The notes beneath the pieces were generated by a model. It was not told where the DNA came from. It saw only the letters and a program-made list of their open reading frames with translations, and searched no databases. Both the position numbers and the translations under genes were made by a program. 64,000 nucleotides of DNA, taken from Candidatus Gottesmanbacteria bacterium. GTDB lineage: Bacteria > Patescibacteriota > Microgenomatia > 2-02-FULL-39-11. The stretch is taken from positions 633 through 64,632 of the forward strand of contig JACPZE010000044.1 of NCBI GenBank assembly GCA_016195685.1, given 5' to 3'. How positions within the stretch are numbered: position 1 is the stretch's first letter; each line of letters opens with the position of its first letter. Below, piece by piece: positions 9,614-18,873 of this stretch.

Positions 9614-11295
9614 GATGATTCTACCTTTGTGACTCTTAGTACTTCTTCGATAGTGGTTGTCCCTTTGGCTACTTTTTGCAATCCGTCATCAAGCATGGTG
9701 GTCATGCCTTCTTGTATTGCGGCTCTAGCAATGACATCAGCGTCATTTTTCTCTGTGATAAGTTTTCTTATGTTTTTGGTGACTTCCAATACTTCAAATA
9801 CACCAATTCTTCCGGCATACCCAATATTGTGGCAAATTTTACAGCCCTTTCCTACATAAGTTTTTATTTCTACTGCCTCACCAAAATTTTTCTTTATGAT
9901 CTCGGAAGGGATATGTTTAGCTAGTTCTCCCGCTGTGATTGCTACTGATGTTTTGCACAGATCACAAATTTTACGGACCAGACGTTGGGCGATAATTACA
10001 TTCACTGTTGAAGCTACCAGGAAAGGTTCGACTTTCATATCGATAAGCCTGGGAAGAGTAGTGGCAGAATCATTGGTGTGAATAGTAGATAAAACCAAAT
10101 GTCCCGTAAGAGCAGCATTTACCGCAATGCCTGCAGTTTCGCTATCCCTTATCTCGCCTACAAAAACTATGTTTGGGTCTTGCCGAAGTATTGATCTAAG
10201 TCCCGAGGCGAATGTGAGATTTGTCTTGGGATTTGTCTGAATCTGGTTTACTCCTTTTATGCGATACTCAACTGGGTCTTCAATGGTTGTGATGTTTTTC
10301 TCTCGGGTGTTTAAAATTTTTAATATCGAATAAATAGAGGTAGTTTTTCCAGAACCTGTTGGACCTGTAGATAGTATCATTCCATAGGATTTCTTGGTAG
10401 CCGCGGTTACTTTTTTCAAGTCTTTTTCCTGCATCCCCAGATCAAGTAATGAAAATTGTCTGAATCGTGAAGAAAGAAGACGAAGTACGGCTTTTTCACC
10501 GTCAACCATGGGAAGAATTGAAACACGGATGTCCAAATTCTCCTCATCTAATTTCATACGGATTTTACCGTCTTGAGGAGCCATATGCTCATCTGTTCTC
10601 AGTTTAGATAGAACTTTGATTCTACTAATGACCCTTTCATGGAGGTTTTTGGGTAAAAATAATACATCGTGTAGGATACCGTCGATCCGAAACCTCACAA
10701 GTGAATTTCTTTCTTCAGCTTCTATGTGGATGTCTGATGCCTTATCCTGGTAGGCAAAATCTACAAGTAAATCAACGATTTTTGCAATTGGTGCTTCATC
10801 TATCACTAAGCTTCCTGTTTTTGTGATTTCCTCACTAAAGAGCCCTTCATAAGTTTTCTGCAACTCTTTTCTAAAAACATGGAAAGTATTAAAGATATCT
10901 CTTTCTGTAGCTAAATACGGAATAACTTTTTCAGAGGTTTTTTTAGAGATCATCTCCTGGATTTGACTGTTACCGGGGTCAGTCATTGCGAGTTTGATAC
11001 CGTATTCATCACGCGAGAAAGGAATGATTTTTTGTTTTCTGGCGATTTTTTCAGGAATTATTCTTACTACGTCATCGGGTATAGATATTTTAGAAAGGTT
11101 TATGAACGGAAGTTTAAGATAATTTGCTATCAGTTGTCCTAAATTTTCATCCGAAACAATATCCTTTTCTATCAAAGCATCGGCCAGAGTGATGTCTGAA
11201 TTTTTCGCAAATTCCATGACTTCAGCGAGTTTTATCTGAGTGGCAAGATTGTTTTCCAGGATAAGAGACTTTAATTGTTCATCAGAGATGATCAT
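9610..11295 (-). CDS. pilB: Type IV pilus assembly ATPase PilB/GspE
   Basis: ASDIHIE, GPTGSGKTT, TIEDPVEY, LRQDPNIVFVGEIRD, tetracysteine motif. Confidence 0.95.
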   Translation of the reverse strand: MIISDEQLKSLILENNLATQIKLAEVMEFAKNSDITLADALIEKDIVSDENLGQLIANYLKLPFINLSKISIPDDVVRIIPEKIARKQKIIPFSRDEYGIKLAMTDPGNSQIQEMISKKTSEKVIPYLATERDIFNTFHVFRKELQKTYEGLFSEEITKTGSLVIDEAPIAKIVDLLVDFAYQDKASDIHIEAEERNSLVRFRIDGILHDVLFLPKNLHERVISRIKVLSKLRTDEHMAPQDGKIRMKLDEENLDIRVSILPMVDGEKAVLRLLSSRFRQFSLLDLGMQEKDLKKVTAATKKSYGMILSTGPTGSGKTTSIYSILKILNTREKNITTIEDPVEYRIKGVNQIQTNPKTNLTFASGLRSILRQDPNIVFVGEIRDSETAGIAVNAALTGHLVLSTIHTNDSATTLPRLIDMKVEPFLVASTVNVIIAQRLVRKICDLCKTSVAITAGELAKHIPSEIIKKNFGEAVEIKTYVGKGCKICHNIGYAGRIGVFEVLEVTKNIRKLITEKNDADVIARAAIQEGMTTMLDDGLQKVAKGTTTIEEVLRVTKVESS

Positions 11296-11335
11296 GGGCA
11301 GTTTAATTTAATTTTAGGCTAGTTTCAGGGGAATA

Positions 11336-12574
11336 TCAATCAATAAGACTTGCGACTTTTTGTCCAAGTTCAATTGCGTAGTTGGTGCCTCTGTCCCATG
11401 GGTATACCATGTCCATATTCGCTAGGTAAACGTTTGGGATGGGTGTAATAAAGTCTGGTTTTATCTTTGAGTAGTTTGTGGGGAAAACTGGTTGGGCGAA
11501 AGGACCCATAAATAATTGAGAATTGAGAATTAAGAATTGAGAATTAAGTCGGGGATTGATTTTTTGAAGATAGGGAAGATATAGTTTTAATAACTCATCT
11601 TTGGTCATTTTAAGGTAGGGATGACCTTCTGGGAGATAATTTCCTACCCAAGTAAGGTGTTTTCCGCCATAATGTTTTGCATCCACCAAATTAGTTTGTT
11701 GGATAACTGCAATAAAAGGGAAAGTCCTGTCATTTATATTGAGCCAATATTCCTTTTCAAGTATTTTCTCTTTTGTCACGAGCAGTAGATTTAAAGCGTG
11801 CAAATGTGGAATATTCGTAAGTCTTTCTTTATAATCTTTTGGAAGTTGTGGGTACATTTTTATGAATATTGGGGAGGGTGTAGTGATAATGATCTTGTCA
11901 TAGTCTGTCGTTTTTTTGGTATCAAAAGGAGTAGAAAGTAATATCTTACCCCCGTCTTTTTTAAATTGCTTTTCCATTGCGTCTATCAGAGTTTGGTATC
12001 CGCCTTCCAGGTATCCTAATACTAGAGTGCGTTTTTTTATCCTAGCCCAAAACCAAGCCATGTTTACTACTTTTGCAAACTTTCCGAATTTGCCGAATAG
12101 GAGTGGTTTCCAGACAATCTCATATACTTTTTCACCAAAATATTTTCTCAGCCACTCATGGGCCAGATGTTTTTCTAAATTCTGACCAGAATTCATCGAT
12201 AAAAGTTTCAGAAACAAAGTGATTAGCCCAAGTCTTAGTCGATCTGTAAACGGAAGGGGAGAGAAAAAAAGGATTTGCAGTGGAGAATTAAAAGGGTAGC
12301 TTGTTTCCTGATAATAGATAGAAGTAAGAGTTTTTGGGAAAAGTAACTTTTCGGAAAGTCCCAGTTTTTTAATCAAATTTAAAGCAAAGTAATCATTGGA
12401 AAACCAATGGTGGTAGTGTTTTTCCACATACCAATCTGTACCCGGTAACTTTACCGCCGAAGCTAAGCCGCCTAACTCGCCAGTTGCTTCAAAAAGAGTC
12501 ACTTTATGATTTTGGGAAAGAGAAAGGCCAGCAGAAAGTCCGGTAAATCCTCCTCCCACAATTGTGATTTTCAT
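11336..12574 (-). CDS. FAD-dependent oxidoreductase (protoporphyrinogen-oxidase-like family common in glycan loci)
   Basis: MKITIVGGGFTGLSAG Rossmann motif, EKHYHHWF, YPWDRGTNYAI; start placed at ATG 12574. Confidence 0.85.
   Translation of the reverse strand: MKITIVGGGFTGLSAGLSLSQNHKVTLFEATGELGGLASAVKLPGTDWYVEKHYHHWFSNDYFALNLIKKLGLSEKLLFPKTLTSIYYQETSYPFNSPLQILFFSPLPFTDRLRLGLITLFLKLLSMNSGQNLEKHLAHEWLRKYFGEKVYEIVWKPLLFGKFGKFAKVVNMAWFWARIKKRTLVLGYLEGGYQTLIDAMEKQFKKDGGKILLSTPFDTKKTTDYDKIIITTPSPIFIKMYPQLPKDYKERLTNIPHLHALNLLLVTKEKILEKEYWLNINDRTFPFIAVIQQTNLVDAKHYGGKHLTWVGNYLPEGHPYLKMTKDELLKLYLPYLQKINPRLNSQFLILNSQLFMGPFAQPVFPTNYSKIKPDFITPIPNVYLANMDMVYPWDRGTNYAIELGQKVASLID
11514..11548. repeat. In-frame heptamer tract (AATTRAG)x5
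   Basis: aattgag aattgag aattaag aattgag aattaag, encoding LNSQFLILNSQL. Confidence 0.85.
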
Positions 12575-12579
12575 ATTTT

Positions 12580-12664
12580 GATTTACGGGTCCTGCCACTT
12601 AGTATCCCAACGCTACGATACATCTCCGGTTGGGACCCCTCTCTCGTGTCACCCGTTGTAAATC
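12580..12664 (-). repeat. Palindromic element family A, copy 1 (intergenic, ends 5 nt before an ATG)
   Basis: gatttacgggtcctgcc...tcccaac-loop-gttggga...acccgttgtaaatc; closely similar to 25782..25872. Confidence 0.9.
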
Positions 12665-12685
12665 GATGGAGATATATTATCCAGT

Positions 12686-13129
12686 TTATTGTGTAAATTC
12701 AACTGTGGGACTGTTACTTACACTAGTGTTACTGCCTAAATCAGTAGCAGTCAGTTTCACCGTGCCTGCGGTATTGGAAGTGATGAAAAATTGGGCCATG
12801 CCAAGATTATCTGTGGAAACAGTATCTGCCGGTTTTATGCTAGAAGTAGGTGTGGTCGCCAATTGTACACTCCTCCCAGGAAGAACGCTACCGCCTTCAT
12901 CTCTTATAAAGACTGAAACTTTTATTTGAGTTGGTTTCTTGTCGCTTCCCTCATCTCCGGCAACTCCAATTTGTGGAAATACGATTATAAATGATTTAAG
13001 AGGAGAGGGGTTTACGTTTTTTGCACGCAGAATTTGGTTGGTGGGTTTTTGCAGAGCTACAGTGGCAATACCTGCAAAAAACAGAAGGAAGAAAAAAGAA
13101 GTAAGAGCCAAAAACTTTCTGTCTTTCAT
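12686..13129 (-). CDS. Membrane-anchored Ig-like (Big_1/invasin-type) protein
   Basis: N-terminal TM; V.L.TT......DT.STDNLG.A.F..TS..AGTV.LTAT pattern. Confidence 0.7.
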   Translation of the reverse strand: MKDRKFLALTSFFFLLFFAGIATVALQKPTNQILRAKNVNPSPLKSFIIVFPQIGVAGDEGSDKKPTQIKVSVFIRDEGGSVLPGRSVQLATTPTSSIKPADTVSTDNLGMAQFFITSNTAGTVKLTATDLGSNTSVSNSPTVEFTQ

Positions 13130-13197
13130 GGTTATCTTAGCCTTATTGTGTCATTCTCGCCTAAAATTGTCAAATTTTACAATCGTTTTGATAAGGC

Positions 13198-13226
13198 TTG
13201 ACAACAAGTTTTATATTTGCCATACT
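13198..13226 (+). promoter_or_regulatory. Sigma70 promoter for the hairpin RNA / rho leader
   Basis: TTGACA(13198)-N17-CATACT(13221); predicted start ~13233 coincides with the 5' end of the hairpin. Confidence 0.7.
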
Positions 13227-13232
13227 ATTTTT

Positions 13233-13407
13233 GCCCTTCGGATAAGGAGAATGCTTAAGAGATTTTTTCCTCTACAACCTCCGAAGTGGGTATCCCGAAT
13301 TTTTCGGGAGATGAGGTTAAAGTATCCACGCACCCGTGGGTGCGGGATCTACCTCCCCATTGTTGCTTCGGGGAAAAATCTTAAGTAGTCTTCCTTTTTT
13401 GAGGGGC
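13233..13407 (+). ncRNA. ~175-nt rod-like structured RNA, 6S-RNA-like candidate
   Basis: End-to-end pairing GCCCTT/GAGGGGC, AAGGAG/TTCCTT, TGCTTAAGA/TCTTAAGTA, GATTTTTTCC/GGAAAAATC; inner hairpins TCCCGAA/TTCGGGA and CGCACCC/GGGTGCG. Confidence 0.55.
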
Positions 13408-13547
13408 AATTCAGTTGGCTTTACCCTGAGAAATTTCGAATAGAAATTTTGAAGGGTTGACAAATACTATTTTATTTGATTAAATAGGTTACTTAAGTTT
13501 GATTTTCCCCAATTTTTTGTTCAATTAATTTGTTTCCCAGAAAATAA

Positions 13548-15032
13548 ATGACAGTACGAACTAAAGTGATAAAATCTAAAGATATAAGTGTAGAAGATCT
13601 TATAGGAGATCCCAAAGCTTCTGCAAAACAACCTGCCGAAACTTCTGTTACTGGTAAAACAGTGATAGGTATTCCTCGAGTTTCGGGAGGTCCATTACCT
13701 GTACAAACTGTTGCAGCGGTAAATTCAGGAGGTATTTCTACTGCTGGATCAATAACTCAACCTGTAAATGATTTTACTCAAACATTACAGCCTGTTTCGG
13801 TACCTTCACCAGTGGTTAGAGTGGGGGAAACGCGAAGTGTACAAGTTCCACAGGTAATTACTCCTGTGGTTGGCACAAATGGATATCCGAACGTAAATTA
13901 TTCCGACAGATATGCAAATACTCCCACCAAAGCGGTATCTGGATTTTTGGATATTATGCCGGAAGGACATGGTTTTCTTAGGCCAAAATTTATCCCTGGA
14001 GAGGGAGATATATATATTTCCCAATCTCAAATCCGCAAATTTCAACTACGGGAAGGCGACGAAGTATCAGGACAAGCAAGGCTTCCAAAAGAGAATGAAA
14101 GATACCTTGGACTTCTTAAAGTTGAAAAGGTGAATGATAAAGTGGCAGAAGATTCTGTCAAAAGGTTACATTTTGAAGATCTTACTCCTATTTATCCCAA
14201 CAAACAGTTAATACTGGAAACAGGAAAATCTCCATTATCTACCAGGATTATCGATCTTGTTTCCCCAATTGGTTTTGGTCAGCGAGGGATGATCGTATCC
14301 CCTCCCAAAGCCGGTAAAACTACCATTCTGAAAGAAATTGCCCACGGTATTTCGGAGAATTTCCCCAAAGCGCATTTGATGGCGGTTCTTATAGGTGAAA
14401 GGCCTGAAGAAGTCACAGATATCAGTAGGTCAGTGAAGGGTGACGTAATTGCTAGTAACTTTGACGAGGCGCCTGAGTCTCAAACGAGAGTGGCTGAAGT
14501 GGGATTAGACCGCGCAAAAAGATTGGTGGAATTAGGGAAAGACGTAATCATTTTGCTAGATTCCATCACTAGACTGGCCCGGGCTTACAATTTATGTGTG
14601 AACCCCTCAGGGAGGACCCTTTCGGGGGGATTTGATCCGGCAGCTTTGTATCCGGCTAAGAAATTTTTGGGGGCAGCAAGGTGTTGTGAAGCAGGCGGAA
14701 GCTTGACCATTCTGGGAACATCACTTACAGAGACAGGAAGCCGAATGGATGATTTGATTTATGAAGAGTTTAAGGGCACGGGCAATATGGAGTTACACCT
14801 ATCCCGTTTCCTGCAGGAACAAAGAGTTTTCCCGGCAATTGATATAGATAAATCAGGTACAAGACATGAAGAATTACTTTTATCTGCCGATACGCTTAAA
14901 AAAGTGGTCACTCTACGCCATATGCTTTCACTTCTGGGAGAAAATCAGGAGCGCACATCAACTTTGGTTGACCGTCTCTCCAAAACCCGTTCAAACAAAG
15001 AATTCTTGGAAGGATTAGGAAAAGGACAATAA
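13548..15032 (+). CDS. rho: Transcription termination factor Rho with low-complexity N-terminal extension
   Basis: GHGFLR, DIYISQSQIR, GQRGMIVSPPKAGKT, LLDSITRLARAYN, EEFKGTGNMEL. Confidence 0.97.
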   Translation: MTVRTKVIKSKDISVEDLIGDPKASAKQPAETSVTGKTVIGIPRVSGGPLPVQTVAAVNSGGISTAGSITQPVNDFTQTLQPVSVPSPVVRVGETRSVQVPQVITPVVGTNGYPNVNYSDRYANTPTKAVSGFLDIMPEGHGFLRPKFIPGEGDIYISQSQIRKFQLREGDEVSGQARLPKENERYLGLLKVEKVNDKVAEDSVKRLHFEDLTPIYPNKQLILETGKSPLSTRIIDLVSPIGFGQRGMIVSPPKAGKTTILKEIAHGISENFPKAHLMAVLIGERPEEVTDISRSVKGDVIASNFDEAPESQTRVAEVGLDRAKRLVELGKDVIILLDSITRLARAYNLCVNPSGRTLSGGFDPAALYPAKKFLGAARCCEAGGSLTILGTSLTETGSRMDDLIYEEFKGTGNMELHLSRFLQEQRVFPAIDIDKSGTRHEELLLSADTLKKVVTLRHMLSLLGENQERTSTLVDRLSKTRSNKEFLEGLGKGQ

Positions 15033-15109
15033 TTAATTGTTGATTGCTAATTGTTGATTGTTGATAGAATATTATTCAATTAACAATTGACTATTAACCA
15101 TTAACAATT
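15031..15109. repeat. Intergenic fold-back heptamer array (TTGATTG)n...(CAATTAA)n
   Basis: Inverted degenerate 7-mer arrays between rho and the LysM gene. Confidence 0.75.
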
Positions 15110-15123
15110 CTTTTATTTATCTC

Positions 15124-16233
15124 ATGAAAATTTCTCCCAAGTTAGAATTTGTTTTTCATAATATTAAAGACTTCTCCAAAGAAATTTCCGAGTGGCTTCG
15201 TTTTCTTTATTACTATTCTCATAAAAAGTTGACTACAGCAGGACGTCATTTTGAAGGATTAAAGGATATTTTAGTAGATATGTTGCTTGTGAAACGAGGC
15301 AGGTACAGTAAACATTTCTTAAATATTTCATTTTTATTTCTTATTGCGGGAGCTGTAGTTGCTGGTCCGGCAATTGGCGAATACTATCCTACAGTTCAAC
15401 ATGATGCCACTACAGCAGGAGATAATTCTACCTATCTTTTAGCTTCCAATTCACAAGATGAATTATCTACCTCGACAGTAGTTTCAGATAAGCCGCGGTT
15501 TGATATCATCGATTATGAAGTAGTGAAAGGAGATACTTTAGCAGGCGTTGCAGACAAATTCGGTATCTCTATAGATACGATAAGATGGGCAAATACATTA
15601 AAAACAGACAATCTGATTCCAGGGCAAATGCTTCGGATTCCTCCAGTGACAGGTATAGTACAAAAAGTTGGTCCAGGAGACACTATCTATTCGTTAGCCA
15701 AAAAATACAAATCTGATGCTCAAAAAATAGTCAATTTCCCGGCCAATGATTTTGCAGATTTAGACACATTTGCGTTAAATATTGGCCAAATACTTTTTAT
15801 ACCAGATGGAGTTATGCCAGAGGCAGCTCCGGTTTATATAGCTGCCCAAGTCCCACAATTTATTCCCGGTACAGGAGGTAAATTCATGTGGCCAACTCAG
15901 GGAATTATTACTCAATATCCTGTTTCATATCATATGGCTGTAGATATCGCCAATAATGCAGCTCCACCGGTGGCAGCTGGGGACGCTGGTACTGTTTCTT
16001 TTGCCGGATGCATTCGTTATGGGTATGGATGCCATGTGATCATAAATCATGCCGATGGGTATCAGACTTTATACGGCCATCTGCAGTCATATAGTGTGGA
16101 AGCCGGTGATAAAGTGGGCCGCGGCCAAGTTATAGGCAAAATGGGATCAACCGGTAGATCTACGGGTATGCATTTGCACTTCGAAGTCAGGCAAAATGGT
16201 GTACTTCTAAATCCACTGTCATTTCTGAAGTAA
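15124..16233 (+). CDS. LysM-domain M23 metallopeptidase
   Basis: Two LysM repeats (YEVVKGDTL, VGPGDTIYSLA); HMAVDIA, TLYGHL, HLHFEV. Confidence 0.93.
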   Translation: MKISPKLEFVFHNIKDFSKEISEWLRFLYYYSHKKLTTAGRHFEGLKDILVDMLLVKRGRYSKHFLNISFLFLIAGAVVAGPAIGEYYPTVQHDATTAGDNSTYLLASNSQDELSTSTVVSDKPRFDIIDYEVVKGDTLAGVADKFGISIDTIRWANTLKTDNLIPGQMLRIPPVTGIVQKVGPGDTIYSLAKKYKSDAQKIVNFPANDFADLDTFALNIGQILFIPDGVMPEAAPVYIAAQVPQFIPGTGGKFMWPTQGIITQYPVSYHMAVDIANNAAPPVAAGDAGTVSFAGCIRYGYGCHVIINHADGYQTLYGHLQSYSVEAGDKVGRGQVIGKMGSTGRSTGMHLHFEVRQNGVLLNPLSFLK

Positions 16234-16236
16234 TTG

Positions 16237-16309
16237 TGGACCCGATCGGACTCGAACCGACCACCTTCGCAATGCGAATGCGACGCTCTACCAGATGAGC
16301 TACGGGCCC
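16237..16309 (-). tRNA. tRNA-Ala(CGC)
   Basis: GGGCCCG...TCGCA ttCGCat TGCGA...GTTCGAGT...CGGGTCCA; G3:U70; CCA not encoded. Confidence 0.95.
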
Positions 16310-16414
16310 GTGTTCAGAATTACAATAAGGAACACCACTTTATCTGTTAAATTATACACTATCTTAATTCCATAAACCATTGTACATGTAATTGGACTAT
16401 GGTACGATAAATTA

Positions 16415-17110
16415 ATGAGATATAAAAATAATATTATTGCAAAAGCTAAAAAATTAAGAATGAGAGGTAAGACCTATACCGAAATTAAAAAGTATTTTAA
16501 ATTATCAATTCCCAAAAGTACCCTAGTTAGTTGGTTTAGAGATATAAAATTACCTAGGAATTATCCAGAGCGAATACGGAAATTAAACTTGGAGAATTTA
16601 AAAAAAGCAAGATTATTGCACATAAAAAAGAGTTTTGAGAGGAGAAAGAAATTACTAAAAACATATAAAGAAAAGAATAATGGTTTGATTAAAAAAGCGT
16701 CTGAAGTGGGCTATGCAAAAATTGGATTATCGATGCTCTGGTTAGGGGAAGGATCAAAGCAAAGAGGAGTTTTTAGAGTAGGCAGCTCAGATCCTAGAAT
16801 AGTTAAATTATTTTTGTGGTTTATTAAAAAATGTTACCAATTTGACTTATCAAAGGTCAGATGTACTCTGCAATGTAGAGCAGATCAAAATATACCTGAG
16901 CTAGAAAAATATTGGATAAATATTACAAATATTCCCAAAAGATTATTTTACAAAGCAAGAATTGATCCGAGGACAATTGGTAAACAAACAATTAATAAAG
17001 AATATAAAGGTGTATTAAGAGTAGATTATTTTGACGTTAAAATTCAGGACGAAATGGCAGTCATAGCTGATATGTTATATAATCAAACTTTACCAGGGCC
17101 CGAAGTTTAA
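16415..17110 (+). CDS. tRNA-adjacent HTH + LAGLIDADG-like protein
   Basis: N-terminal HTH LRMRGKTYTEI...PKSTLVSWF; LWLGEGSK helix, SSDPRIV, LEKYW; stop codon lies inside tRNA-Ala(GGC). Confidence 0.7.
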   Translation: MRYKNNIIAKAKKLRMRGKTYTEIKKYFKLSIPKSTLVSWFRDIKLPRNYPERIRKLNLENLKKARLLHIKKSFERRKKLLKTYKEKNNGLIKKASEVGYAKIGLSMLWLGEGSKQRGVFRVGSSDPRIVKLFLWFIKKCYQFDLSKVRCTLQCRADQNIPELEKYWINITNIPKRLFYKARIDPRTIGKQTINKEYKGVLRVDYFDVKIQDEMAVIADMLYNQTLPGPEV

Positions 17111-17168
17111 AAGGTTGAACATCTCGATGGCATCGAGAAGGCAAGGGGTTCGATTCCCCTCGGGTCCA
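17096..17168 (+). tRNA. tRNA-Ala(GGC), atypical core
   Basis: GGGCCCG...TCTCG atGGCat CGAGA...AGGGG TTCGATT CCCCT CGGGTCCA; G3:U70; A32-U38. Confidence 0.9.
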
Positions 17169-17246
17169 CAAATTAAAATGCGAGCTGTTGTAATGGATTC
17201 ATTTTCACTATGATTCAAAAAAAGGAGGTTCCCCAAGTCCTCTCTC

Positions 17247-18763
17247 TTGCCTCAAATTTTTATTGGTGACAGATGGAAGAAAATAGTACTTTTCATTGTA
17301 TTTTTTAATCTTTTTCTCGCATCATGGTATTTCATACAGGGAGATCTGAATTTTAACACAGATATTGCCAGAGACTTTTTATTATTAGAGGACCTCAAAC
17401 AAAAAAAAGTTGTGCTCATCGGTGCTCGTGCAGGACCAGCCGGTTTTTTCCATGGTCCGGCCTGGATGTATCTGAATCTTCCTATTTATATACTCGGTAA
17501 TGGGAATCCAGTTGTTGTCGGATGGTTTTGGATAGCTCTTACAATTGGATTTCTTTTTTACAGTTTTAAAATTGCAAAAAAAATATTCGATGAAAAACTG
17601 CTTACGTTTATATTCTTTTTATGTCCTGTTATCTTATTCATTTTACCTGGGCATACTCCCATCAATATATGGGGATGATGCTGATGCCTCTTTTTTTCTA
17701 TACATTTATTCAATATATAAAGACTTTAAACGCTAAATATCTGGCATCAAATGTTTTTCTTGGTGGGATGCTTATCCAGTTTGAAATTGCCTACGGAGGC
17801 CCCCTTTCTTTTATCTTTTTGCTCTTTGTACTTTTGAAAAATAAAAAATTCCTGCATATTTTATTATTTGGACTTATTCTTATTCCACTTTCAACTTATA
17901 TTATGTTTGATCTCCGTCATAATTTTATGTTGCTTAAGAGTCTTCAAGTTTACATGAAAGGTAATCCACAGGAGCATTACGTAAGTATTCTTAGTATTAT
18001 AAAAAACCGCTTCGAATACATGACTTCTTCAGCAGTACCATTGTTATGGGATCTGCCAAATTCTAATAAAATATTAGCTGTTCTTGTTTTGGGGTTTCTG
18101 TTAAAGCTTGCTTCTTTTAATAAAGTAGATAATAAATATAAATATTTTTTCTATTTTTTCTTCGGATACTTTCTTTTTAGTTTAACCAACAGATACTATC
18201 TACTTTCACAGCATTTCCTTGGATTTATTCCAATTGTCATTATGATGATTGCTTCTTTGGTTACCTCCCGTTACGCAAAATATATCGTGATATTATTTTT
18301 ATTTATTATGCTAAATAATGAAGTTGAAGCAATAAAATTTGTTGCAGCATCAAATAATATTATTGGATTTGCAGAAAGGAGCTGGAAATTTTACGATACG
18401 CTTTCCCAAAAAGCGTTTACTGCTGGTTCTGAAAAAGAGTTTGGATATTTTGTGTGGACTCCAGATAAATTTGCGTATTCCCCTCGTTATGCCATGGTGT
18501 ATGGACAAAAAACACATCCCGATAAAATAGCATATTCCTTTACCAAAAAGCCTGTTACTTATCTAGTTATGGCTCCTCCTCCCAAAGAAGATCCATGGGT
18601 AGATGGTAAATTTTGGAAAGTACACTCGATAGTGATCGATAAGAAACCAGTCAGTGTAATTTCTTTTCCAAATGGGTATCGGATAGACCGATATGAATTG
18701 ACAGATAAAGAAGTTGCTACTCCATTTGATCCGACTCAGGATATGGGTATCCACTTTCGATGA
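17247..18763 (+). pseudogene. Frameshifted GT-C (ArnT-like) glycosyltransferase
   Basis: DIARDF...IGAR...FHGP N-half joins the downstream ORF if one A is added to the A5 run at 17593..17597 (FDEK-TAYVYILFMSCY). Confidence 0.75.
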
Positions 18764-18873
18764 TGACCTTTTATAGTTTTCCGGTTTACAAAATATTTAT
18801 ACAAGCAAATCAGAAGGTTCTAAATCTAAATCAATAAATCGATGAATTATGATTTTAATTAACAGATTTAAAT

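Noticed and set aside
12939-13388. 149-aa + strand ORF and similar short ORFs antisense to real genes (e.g. 21266..21562, 34371..34820, 49702..50124)
   Set aside because: Shadow frames overlapping better-supported genes or RNA, with no motifs or RBS.
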